Shown here: positions 1 through 7,782 of the stretch, one piece after another
Position numbering within the stretch: the stretch's first letter is position 1
Layout: each line of letters starts with the position of its first letter
IMG/VR virus record: IMGVR_UViG_3300046511_000152
DNA: 20,000 nt
Source: an uncultured virus (IMG/VR IMGVR_UViG_3300046511_000152)
Lineage: Duplodnaviria > Heunggongvirae > Uroviricota > Caudoviricetes
Reading direction: 5' to 3' (one strand)
Translations under genes and position numbers: made by a program
The notes under the pieces: generated by a model
The model's input: the letters and a program-made list of their open reading frames with translations, nothing else
Databases searched by the model: none
What the model was told of the DNA's origin: nothing

Positions 1-350
1 TCCTCACCACCGAAGGAGAGGTTGTGCGCCCTGTTCACCGCCGCGAGGAACTTGCTGAACGCCCCCAGCTTGTTGCCAAGATTGAAGGCCATGTTGATCA
101 GGGCATCCTGACGAACAGAGTCGAGGAGGACCCAGTTGTTGACGTACATCCGGGCACGGTTCTCGGCGGTCTGCACATCGAAGTTGTACAGGGCCGTCAT
201 CTCCTCGTCCGTGATACTCGACATGCGAGGAATCGTACCAGCACCGAGGAGGTGGCCGATGCCGATGGTCCAGTTGCCCATCTTGTCCCGGTAGGCGTCG
301 TACCGCACGCCCTCGTCGCGCATCAGGTCCTTCTTGAGGTCACTGGGCAT
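1..350 (-). CDS. T4-type lysozyme / endolysin (GH24), truncated by the window edge
   Basis: Not in the ORF track. Hand translation from ATG at 350: MPSDLKKDLMRDEGVRYDAYRDKMGNWTIGIGHLL...RQDALINMAFNLG. It has the E-x8-D-x5-T catalytic triad and the T4-lysozyme-like ALINMAFNLG helix. Confidence 0.93.
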   Translation of the reverse strand, partial: MPSDLKKDLMRDEGVRYDAYRDKMGNWTIGIGHLLGAGTIPRMSSITDEEMTALYNFDVQTAENRARMYVNNWVLLDSVRQDALINMAFNLGNKLGAFSKFLAAVNRAHNLSFGGE

Positions 351-561
351 CGGGCTCACTGACAGTGATGTTGACCGACACCTCGGTGCCCTCGTTGCGG
401 TTCACGTCGAGGAGCGCGAACATCACGTGGTTCACGACGACAGCCAAGCTATCGTACGGTGCCCCTTGGAACGCCCGCATGAACCTACCGTCCTGCACCA
501 ACGCGGCCTCCCACTTGTCACCCGTCTTGCGGGCCGCCACCGTCATCTGTGTGTTCGCCAT
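340..561 (-). CDS. Hypothetical protein (73 aa, MANTQMTVAARK...)
   Basis: AAAGGA RBS before the ATG at 561, GC3-rich codons, overlaps the lysozyme start. Confidence 0.75.
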   Translation of the reverse strand: MANTQMTVAARKTGDKWEAALVQDGRFMRAFQGAPYDSLAVVVNHVMFALLDVNRNEGTEVSVNITVSEPDAQ

Positions 562-937
562 CGAGGTTTCCTTTCGCGCGACGGTCTGCCGTCGCAATGA
601 GTTTGAACAACATCGCCTTCACAGTCCCACGTGCCTTCGCTCCCCGGTGGGGAGTGTAGTACCCGTGGTAGAACACGTCCACCAGTTCATCGGCTGGTCC
701 CGGCTCCAGCCCCGCCTTGATCGCTGCCACCCGTGCCGAGAGGAGTTGCTCGAACTCAGTCCTGCGGAATCGCCACCACTTGCGCGAGCAAAGGTAGATC
801 GGTGGGTTCAAGTTGATGTTCGCCGCCTCACGGGTGATGAAGCAATGTACACACATCCGCCCCACGCTGCGAGGGCGATGACCACAGACAGCGCACGGAT
901 CAGAAGTGGTTCCGGGGGTCTTCGCCGGGGTGGGCAT
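518..937 (-). CDS. Hypothetical protein with N-terminal zinc-finger-like CxxC...CxxC (139 aa)
   Basis: CAVC and CVHC motifs; GGAGGG RBS-like sequence upstream; fills the gap between neighbours. Confidence 0.7.
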   Translation of the reverse strand: MPTPAKTPGTTSDPCAVCGHRPRSVGRMCVHCFITREAANINLNPPIYLCSRKWWRFRRTEFEQLLSARVAAIKAGLEPGPADELVDVFYHGYYTPHRGAKARGTVKAMLFKLIATADRRAKGNLDGEHTDDGGGPQDG

Positions 938-2015
938 CCCTCCACTCCTTGATCATTTGCAATGTGAGCGCGTACCCGGCCGTGTCGGTCAGGTTGTCAC
1001 GCTTGGCCGCGTTCCGGTGCCGGGACTGCTTCACGCAGATCATCGTCTGCCCGATGTCCTCGGCCTCCAGTCGCGCACCCGGCTTCAGCTTGTCCCGCAG
1101 CAACGCGGTCAGCATGTCGGCAGAGCGGGTCATGTCGAAGATCGGATGGCCGTAGCTCGCGCCACGGTCGCCCAGCACGAGGCGGTGCGCTTCCTGCGCG
1201 ACGCTCTCAGTCGGTGTCGTGTGGTAGATCGGATCGATCTTGATGTCGATGCAGTCCAGCTTCGACGTAGACGGGTTACCCGTGACAGGGATGAATCGGC
1301 CCGGTCGTGAGTAGAGTCCCTCCACATCCAACGTCCCCGGCTGCTTAGGAAACAGTTCCATCTGCTCCAACGTAGCATCCTTCATCTGTGCTGAGACGAT
1401 CTCTTCATTCCGCTCTTTCCGCTCCTCAATCGCCTGCCGCACGTACATCACCGCGTCGAGCAGTTCCTGATAGAGGTCCACGAGTGCCTTGCGGCCGTTC
1501 TGGGTCTTCAGTTCCGTGCCGTACTTGGCGATGCCCTGCTCCCTGCGCTCCTTGATGTCGGCGAGCACGAGGTCGGTCACGCTGGTCTTGCCCTCGCTGG
1601 GGTCTTGCTGTGGTCTGGTTGTGTCACCCATGGCTTTCTCCTTCTGGCATGTTTCACACCACATCTCATGCCACGCGAGCATCGCGGCTTCTTTCGGACG
1701 AGGCTTCGGCAGCGGGGGAACACACGAGTGCCCGGTGTCCCCCGGCTTGAACTTGTACCCGCACACTGTGCACGGGGGGAACGTGTTCACGGTACAGTAC
1801 GGGCAGACCGTGCTACCGGGTCGCCCACACACCTGACACCGCATCACGTTCATCGGCTCTTCAACGATAGTGATCGGTTTGTTCCAAGCGATCCCACCCC
1901 CCGAGGGCCACAACGAAAGTGTCCCCACTGGTTTGTACTTGGTGAACCGTCCCTCGAACAGTCCCCGGAACTTGTCGTACGCCCCGAGGATCGGGTGCTT
2001 CTTCCGGAGGCCCAT
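900..2015 (-). CDS. Multidomain protein: Cys-rich N-terminus, all-alpha NTP-pyrophosphatase-like (MazG-like) domain, DUF6378-like domain
   Basis: ERREQGIAKYGTEL...ALVDLYQELLDAVMY resembles phage all-alpha NTP-PPases. EAHRLVLGDRGASYGHP...EDIGQTMICVKQSR...RDNLTDTAGYA resembles DUF6378. TGATG-coupled to the polymerase; a strong internal RBS (AAGGAG) precedes the ATG at 1631. Confidence 0.75.
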   Translation of the reverse strand: MGLRKKHPILGAYDKFRGLFEGRFTKYKPVGTLSLWPSGGGIAWNKPITIVEEPMNVMRCQVCGRPGSTVCPYCTVNTFPPCTVCGYKFKPGDTGHSCVPPLPKPRPKEAAMLAWHEMWCETCQKEKAMGDTTRPQQDPSEGKTSVTDLVLADIKERREQGIAKYGTELKTQNGRKALVDLYQELLDAVMYVRQAIEERKERNEEIVSAQMKDATLEQMELFPKQPGTLDVEGLYSRPGRFIPVTGNPSTSKLDCIDIKIDPIYHTTPTESVAQEAHRLVLGDRGASYGHPIFDMTRSADMLTALLRDKLKPGARLEAEDIGQTMICVKQSRHRNAAKRDNLTDTAGYALTLQMIKEWRDAHPGEDPRNHF

Positions 2016-4522
2016 CAGGCCGCCATCTCGAAGGGTGCAACGTCACCCCACGACTTACCCGGGGCAGCAACTTCAACTTCAACAGGGATGTAGAAGCCCG
2101 GCTTGACGATGTCGAACCGCTGCTCCATGATCGCCTTCATCTCGGCGGCGGCTGCTGCCACGTTCGCACTCGGCACCTGAATCATGATCGAGTCGTGGAC
2201 GGTCGTGGTCATGCGCCCTCCGAAGCGTCGCGCCATCGCCGCAACGCGGCTAAGTACGCACCAGAGGACATCAGCGACCGTTGACTGAGGTATGAAATCC
2301 ACCGCTGCTGGTGCGTTGCCAGCATGGAAGAAACGGATTCGACCAAAGGCGTTCTTGATGTACTTCTTCGACTCGCAAAGCTGGACGAGGTGCATCTTGT
2401 AGGCGTGGGTCTTGTAGTAGTACTTGGCGAGTTCCCCGAGGATTCGCTTACACTCCTCCACAGGCACATACTGGTGCTCCTGTTCTAGCAGCATCTCGCT
2501 CACCTTCTGTGCTCCAGCGAGGTACTGACCGGCGTAGGTGATGTTCTTCGCGGTCTTGCGGCTCGTGTTGAACCGGACCGCGTTGCGCGAGTGCATGTCA
2601 CCGGAGCGCAAGTCTTCGAGCAGCCGGTCGTCGCCAGCCATGTAGGCCATCACGTACAACTCGGCGGACTTGTAGTCGGCCTGAATGAACGTCATGTCCA
2701 GCGTGTCCGGCACGTACATGAACCGGACCGTCTTCGGCTGGTTCTGGATGTTCGGCCCGTAGGTCGCGAGCCGCCCGGTGCACGTGGTGCCCTTCGCGGT
2801 CTCCAAACCCAGGCCCGTGTCCTTCACCTCATGCTCCTGATCCTTGGAGACAGGCATGTAGGACGGGTGCACCCACGCCTCTTCGTTCATCGCGGCGGGC
2901 TGCACGTAGGTGCTGATGGTCTTGGCGCAGCCGCGCAGCTTCAACACGAGGTCGAAGAAGCGGGGTGTGCACCGGGAGTCTTCGGTCCAGCCACCCGGGT
3001 GCTGCTTGCGGGCGTAGTCGTTGCCGACGTAGTACTGGAGCCGCACGAGGGCAAGCTCGTTCGTCGTCGCCCCGGCCTCCTTGCTCTTGGTCCGCTGCAC
3101 CGGCAGGCCCCACTCACCGTACATGAGGTCCTGAAGCTGCTGCGTCGAGGCGGGGTTGGTGCCCGGGAAGTGCTGACCCCATATCTTCTCCAGCCGCAAC
3201 TGCTTGCGCTCCAGCCGGGCCACGTGGCGCTCGGCAGCGGGGCGGTCCAACCTGATGCCCTCGCGGTTCATGGTGGTGAGTTCGCGGATCGTGGCGCACA
3301 CGCCGGGTCCCGGGTGGTCGCCTTCGCCCATGAACAGGTTCCACGTGCCGAGGTTCTTCATCACGGTGATGATGCTGATCGCTAGCCATGCGGTGACGAA
3401 GGCATCCTTAGCAGAGTAGAAGCGCGGGTCGGCCTTGCTGAGTTCCGACCACATCGAGCCACGCTGGCCCTTCCACGGCTTTAGATCGTGGTAGATTGTG
3501 ATCGCACGGGCGAGGGACTTGTGAAGATCAGGTTGCAGGACAACTGCACCGAACATCGTATCAACGAGCCGGTGGTCGAGGACATGGTCCGAAATCGAAA
3601 CTCCATTCGCGATAAGGCGAGGGATGTCGAAGGGACTGTTATGAACAGCAAAGTACCTCCCCGGCAGGGCGAACAGGTAGTCCATGAAGTGGCGGGCATC
3701 GGTACTCCACTCCAGCGAGGCGGTGTGCTTGCCGTCGCTGAAGGAGACGAGGTCGATCACCTCGTTGCCCACGCCGTGGGTCTCGATGTCAACCGCGATC
3801 ACGTCACCCCACTCCACGTTGGTGATGGAGCCGACGTGCAACTCAGTCAGGTCCCGGCCGAATCGCTTGGTGCAGAAGTCGGTGTAGAACCCATCCTGCT
3901 CCAGCCGGTTGTCCAGCATGTGAAGCTCGCCGTCGATGGCCCTCTTGCACCGTCTCACGTCCTCCTTGAAGGCGGGGCGCACCGCGAACTGCTCCATGCG
4001 GATGTGGTCGAGCCCATAGCTGGGGATCACGACACCGTCGAACTGCTGGCCGAGGAGCCCACCCATCAGGGTAGTCTTCTGCCAGCCATAGCGCGGGTCA
4101 CCCTTCTGGTGGCCGTTGCCCTTGTTCTTGTACTCACCGATCTTCTCCCATGACTCGGTCGTAACGGAGTGGAAGAAGTCCTTGTCGAGCACGTAACCGC
4201 GCGCGTCAAGGATGGTCTGCGTGATGCCGGTGAGCGGGTACAGCGTGTCGCCTTGCAGAGCCAGCACCGCCGAGGGACTCGACTCCCGAATCTCCTGACT
4301 GAAGCGGGGCCACGCTGCGCGGACCTGTGCCTTAGAGGGACGGCCACCACTGTTCGCAGGGGGCTCATCGATCAGGAACACGATCCGTACGTCAGTCTTC
4401 TGGATGTGGCACTCGTCCTGCACGATCTTCCAGAACCACGCGCGCATCCCGTCCGAAGGAGGGCTGATCATCGTGACCAGTAGGGGTGCGTCAACTCTAC
4501 CTTCGGCCTTTGAGTTTTCCAC
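2015..4522 (-). CDS. polA: Family A DNA polymerase with UDG-like N-terminal domain and 3'-5' exonuclease domain
   Basis: ExoI VDIETHG, ExoII HNSPFD, ExoIII YSAKDA; TGRLA..PNIQNQP; motif A ADYKSAEL; motif B RKTAKNITYAGQY; motif C VHDS. Start set at GTG 4522 behind GAGGAGG (ORF track extends to 4573). Confidence 0.95.
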   Translation of the reverse strand: MENSKAEGRVDAPLLVTMISPPSDGMRAWFWKIVQDECHIQKTDVRIVFLIDEPPANSGGRPSKAQVRAAWPRFSQEIRESSPSAVLALQGDTLYPLTGITQTILDARGYVLDKDFFHSVTTESWEKIGEYKNKGNGHQKGDPRYGWQKTTLMGGLLGQQFDGVVIPSYGLDHIRMEQFAVRPAFKEDVRRCKRAIDGELHMLDNRLEQDGFYTDFCTKRFGRDLTELHVGSITNVEWGDVIAVDIETHGVGNEVIDLVSFSDGKHTASLEWSTDARHFMDYLFALPGRYFAVHNSPFDIPRLIANGVSISDHVLDHRLVDTMFGAVVLQPDLHKSLARAITIYHDLKPWKGQRGSMWSELSKADPRFYSAKDAFVTAWLAISIITVMKNLGTWNLFMGEGDHPGPGVCATIRELTTMNREGIRLDRPAAERHVARLERKQLRLEKIWGQHFPGTNPASTQQLQDLMYGEWGLPVQRTKSKEAGATTNELALVRLQYYVGNDYARKQHPGGWTEDSRCTPRFFDLVLKLRGCAKTISTYVQPAAMNEEAWVHPSYMPVSKDQEHEVKDTGLGLETAKGTTCTGRLATYGPNIQNQPKTVRFMYVPDTLDMTFIQADYKSAELYVMAYMAGDDRLLEDLRSGDMHSRNAVRFNTSRKTAKNITYAGQYLAGAQKVSEMLLEQEHQYVPVEECKRILGELAKYYYKTHAYKMHLVQLCESKKYIKNAFGRIRFFHAGNAPAAVDFIPQSTVADVLWCVLSRVAAMARRFGGRMTTTVHDSIMIQVPSANVAAAAAEMKAIMEQRFDIVKPGFYIPVEVEVAAPGKSWGDVAPFEMAA

Positions 4523-4889
4523 GAGCCCTCCTCGTCGTCCGGATTCGATGACAGTTTGAACAGACCAGTTCACATTTCTTCATCTCGCGTTCGATCTGTG
4601 TGCGGGACCGTGAACCTGTAGAGGTGATCCCAAGACAGAACAGTTTACGGCCGCGTACATGATCCCAATCCATGCACTCCGGAGGGAAAGAGCCGCCGCA
4701 ATCCACACACGGTTGGGACTTCAAAGAGTTCAACCATTCACGGTTCTCTGCTCTCCGAAGGACGGCCCGTCGATGATTCGCGCGCTTCGCGGCTTCCGGG
4801 TTCCGTGCTTCCCACCGGCCGTGCCGTTTGCGAAAATCTTTCTGGACCTTGAGCGCCTGACTTCGGTTACGGAGATACCAAGATTTCAT
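4497..4889 (-). CDS. Free-standing HNH endonuclease #2 (putative homing endonuclease)
   Basis: PCVDCGGSFPPECMDWDHVRGRK...CELVCSNCHRIRT; basic N-terminus; AGGAG RBS; codon usage more AT-rich than the flanks. Confidence 0.9.
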   Translation of the reverse strand: MKSWYLRNRSQALKVQKDFRKRHGRWEARNPEAAKRANHRRAVLRRAENREWLNSLKSQPCVDCGGSFPPECMDWDHVRGRKLFCLGITSTGSRSRTQIEREMKKCELVCSNCHRIRTTRRARGKLKGRR

Positions 4890-4978
4890 TGCGGGTCTCC
4901 TGTGGGGTGGGCGGGGCGGTCCAGCGGGGACGAACCGTCTCGTAGACGGTCGTGATGTTCCAACGGAGAACCGCCCCT

Positions 4979-5509
4979 TTACGGGGCCTTACGGGCGATA
5001 CCCACTTGTCGCAGTGCTACCAGCTTGGCATGGCGCTTCGCCATCCGATCACTACGCCACAGGCGACCTCCCACACCGGGGGTCCTGTTGAGCCACCACA
5101 GGAACCGCAAGGGCAGGATGAACCTCCACATATTCCTGATCCAGACCATCACCTCTTCGTCCGTGAAGGCCGCGTCCCCACGCTTCGCGTTGCAGCCGGG
5201 GCACAGCGGTCTGTAGTTCCCATCGTTCACACCGGGGGTGATGTGGTCCAGTTGAAGGCGGCGGCCGTTCTGCCGTCGCCCGAGGAACTTGAACCATGGG
5301 CCGTCGCGGAAGTACTTCCGCAGGATGTAGTTCGGTATCCCGCAGATGTCACACCGTGTCTCCTCAGCCATGAGGATCGGCCCCCACTTCTGGGCCTCGT
5401 CGTTACTCAGCCCGTGGTGATCCCTCAGCCGCTTGATCGCCCCCGTCAGGCTGGCGTTCCGCGCCAGCATCCGAAGACGTTCCTTCTCCCGGTCCGGTGC
5501 TCGTCTCAT
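4979..5509 (-). CDS. HNH / endonuclease VII-like zinc-binding nuclease
   Basis: RCDICG...LQLDHITPG...RPLCPGCNAKRG. Start placed at ATG 5509 (MRRAPDRE) with a GGGAG RBS. Confidence 0.82.
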   Translation of the reverse strand: MRRAPDREKERLRMLARNASLTGAIKRLRDHHGLSNDEAQKWGPILMAEETRCDICGIPNYILRKYFRDGPWFKFLGRRQNGRRLQLDHITPGVNDGNYRPLCPGCNAKRGDAAFTDEEVMVWIRNMWRFILPLRFLWWLNRTPGVGGRLWRSDRMAKRHAKLVALRQVGIARKAP

Positions 5510-6161
5510 GGACACTCCCGCGAACTGAGTCCGCTGTCTGGTTCGCGAGTTCCGGTGGAACACCGAACTCCACGAGTGCCGCCGCCAACTGCTTGACGAC
5601 ATGATCGAGAGCCAAGTCCACCGCGTACTGCTTCATCCCGCGAACGTCAGCCTCGGGGATGGCGAACTCCAGACCATCGATGTACAGCACGTTGCGGAAG
5701 AAGTCGAAGCCCTCGACCTTACGGAAGTCGGGGAGCTTCACCATGGGGCCTGTTGCCGGTGGCTGCGACGGGGGTGCACTCAGCCGCACCACCCGCTGCG
5801 GAGCCAACAGACCGAAGTCTGCACCGTTATGTGCATCAAGCTCGGCCTGTGTCGGCCTCGGCTGGTCGGGCATCCCGGCCGCCTGCGCCTCCGCGAGTGA
5901 ACCATACGGCCCATCCTCGTCGGGGGTGGGTGGGAGGATGCCAAGCTCTCTCGCCCTCGCGTCCCGGGCTGCGACCTCTTCCGGAGACAGGGGTGTTGGG
6001 TTGTTCATGGCAGCAGACCGAACCGTAGTCCCCTGACCAACCGTCACTGGCTGGTCAGTGAGACTACGTCCGGCAGGCATACCACTCTCCGCGTTGATCC
6101 GCTGTGCTCTGCGAATCATCTGCGTCATTGCATTGTCCTTCTCGAACGCTGGTGAAGGCAT
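5403..6161 (-). CDS. Hypothetical protein (252 aa, Pro/Ala-rich N-terminal half)
   Basis: Strong AGGAGG RBS before the ATG. The 3' end overlaps the next gene by about 107 nt. Confidence 0.8.
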   Translation of the reverse strand: MPSPAFEKDNAMTQMIRRAQRINAESGMPAGRSLTDQPVTVGQGTTVRSAAMNNPTPLSPEEVAARDARARELGILPPTPDEDGPYGSLAEAQAAGMPDQPRPTQAELDAHNGADFGLLAPQRVVRLSAPPSQPPATGPMVKLPDFRKVEGFDFFRNVLYIDGLEFAIPEADVRGMKQYAVDLALDHVVKQLAAALVEFGVPPELANQTADSVRGSVHETSTGPGEGTSSDAGAERQPDGGDQAAEGSPRAE

Positions 6162-6279
6162 CGATCCTCCTAAAGTGGTGGAGCATTGTTCACGCGGATT
6201 AGCCCCGGTCCCGCTGGGTTCGGCCTACGGTGAACTCGTTATGCGGTTATGAACCGCGTCCCGTCCCAGAACCTTTCGA

Positions 6280-6894
6280 CTAGGCCGCAGGCGCGTCGGG
6301 CAGGTAGCTCTCGACGTTCGTGCGACGGTCGTGCTTGCGCTTCTCGCTCTTGTTCGGGGCGTCCTTCAGGTTCATGATGACCGACTTGCCAACCAGCGGC
6401 GAGTCCGTACCATTCAGCGTACCCTTCGGCGGGAAGACACTGTTGAGCAGGCTGGCCTTCAGGCCCGGGGTCTTCTTCGGGGTGAAGCCAGTCGCCGCGA
6501 ACAGCGACGTGAGGGCCTGAACCGCGAGGTTGTGCGGGAACGCGGATTTCATGGCCGCATCCTCGGCCGTACCCTGACCCAGCAGGAGGCGGATGTTGAG
6601 CGTGTGACGCGCCCACGTACGCTTCTCCTCGTTGGGGAAGCCAGCGCGGACCTTCATCTGGACGACGGCGTTGATCTTGTTGGTATCCTCGCCAGCGCCC
6701 TCACGCCACGCAGCCTCGATGACCGCACCCTCGGACCACGAGTAGAACACATCGTCGTTCTTCTTGGACGTGTTCTTCTCCGCGTCTGCCGGGACGACGA
6801 ACGGAGCGCCCTGATCGAGGGCAGCAGCCGCAGCCTTCTGGGCACCGTCGCTGATGTCTACGAAGTCTGGGGTCGGGATGTTCTGGTCAGCCAT
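6280..6894 (-). CDS. Putative single-stranded DNA-binding protein (204 aa)
   Basis: AAGGAG RBS. Lies directly downstream of an AAA_24 ATPase, the usual position of phage SSB/DUF669-like genes; the LVGKSVIMNL...RTNVESY pattern fits an OB-like fold. Function is inferred from context. Confidence 0.55.
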   Translation of the reverse strand: MADQNIPTPDFVDISDGAQKAAAAALDQGAPFVVPADAEKNTSKKNDDVFYSWSEGAVIEAAWREGAGEDTNKINAVVQMKVRAGFPNEEKRTWARHTLNIRLLLGQGTAEDAAMKSAFPHNLAVQALTSLFAATGFTPKKTPGLKASLLNSVFPPKGTLNGTDSPLVGKSVIMNLKDAPNKSEKRKHDRRTNVESYLPDAPAA

Positions 6895-7723
6895 TGGTGT
6901 TCTCCTTGTTGAGCTTGTTCACTTCGGACACGTACTTCACCCAGTAACTGGACGGATTCCTGTCGAGGTAGACCTTCGCGAGCTTGTTCTCGCCTTCCTC
7001 GTCGGAGGTCCTGATCTTGCTGATGAACTTGCCGTCGTTCTCGGTGATGGCAACCACCACGTCGGACGGGGCATCGTCACCCGGCACGAGGATCGTCTCG
7101 CGGATCAGGCGGATGACGGTGTTGAACTGCGCGGGAATGTACTCGGTCATCGCACGTCCCGGGTGAGCCGGACCGCCGACGCTGTGCACGTTCTCGATGA
7201 TCTTCACATCCTCGTGCATGACGAAGATGATGTGCATGTTGCGCTGGTTCTTGAACAGCATGTCCAAGTACCCACGCGACAGTGACTCGATGGCCTGATA
7301 GTCACCACGGTTGGGGATCGCCTGACCACCCTTCTTCGGGTCGCCGATCACGTAGTGCTTCTCGCGGTCCATCGTCTGCGCGTTGGCCGCGTAGCTGATG
7401 GTGTCGAGGGCGACCTTGGTGTAGGTGTCCACGACGAGAACGCCGATCTCAGGATCGACAGCCTTCCAGTCCTGCATACAGAACTGCATGAAGTTGACGG
7501 TCGGATCGTCACCCTCGGGGATGATGGGGATGATACGCGCCCGCTTCGCGAGGCCCGTGGAGCCCAGTGACTCGGAGTTGGTGTCGGCCGCGTAGTACGC
7601 GATCTTGCCCCACTCCTCGGGGACGGAGAGCGCGAGCCGGGTCTTCCCGATGCCCGCCCTACCGTACACGATGATCCGCTCCTTCGTCGCCGGAGCCGCG
7701 TCCTTCAGGATTCGCAAACCCAT
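6887..7723 (-). CDS. AAA_24-family (Sak4-like) P-loop ATPase
   Basis: Walker A IIVYGRAGIGKT, Walker B VLVVDT, HIIFVMHE. Confidence 0.88.
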   Translation of the reverse strand: MGLRILKDAAPATKERIIVYGRAGIGKTRLALSVPEEWGKIAYYAADTNSESLGSTGLAKRARIIPIIPEGDDPTVNFMQFCMQDWKAVDPEIGVLVVDTYTKVALDTISYAANAQTMDREKHYVIGDPKKGGQAIPNRGDYQAIESLSRGYLDMLFKNQRNMHIIFVMHEDVKIIENVHSVGGPAHPGRAMTEYIPAQFNTVIRLIRETILVPGDDAPSDVVVAITENDGKFISKIRTSDEEGENKLAKVYLDRNPSSYWVKYVSEVNKLNKENTNG

Positions 7724-7753
7724 TGGTGTTCCTTTCGTTAGGGGTGGACTTCG

Positions 7754-7782
7754 ATGCTACCGGAAATCGAACGCCATGTCAA
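7754..7782 (-). promoter_or_regulatory. Sigma70-type promoter: TTGACA-N17-TAGCAT
   Basis: Perfect -35 TTGACA (7777-7782), exact 17-nt spacer, -10 TAGCAT (7754-7759), in the intergenic gap upstream of the ATPase/SSB/polymerase genes. Confidence 0.8.

Noticed and set aside
900..4522. Z-genome (2-aminoadenine) system
   Set aside because: No purZ or datZ in the window and I cannot assign the polymerase to DpoZ by eye; restriction-site avoidance also argues against full substitution.
2015..4889. Group I intron or intein in the polymerase
   Set aside because: The polymerase frame is continuous with normally spaced motifs; the HNH is upstream and free-standing.
4905..4977. tRNA gene (GGGGCGG...GGTTCG...CCGCCCC-GCCCA)
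   Set aside because: Too short, no proper D or anticodon arms, and the T-loop-like segment is misplaced. Kept only as a structured-RNA candidate.
6170..6262. preQ1-I or fluoride riboswitch resemblance
   Set aside because: Only fragments match (GGTTCATAACC, GAGTTCACC); the A-rich tail and required P1 partner are absent.
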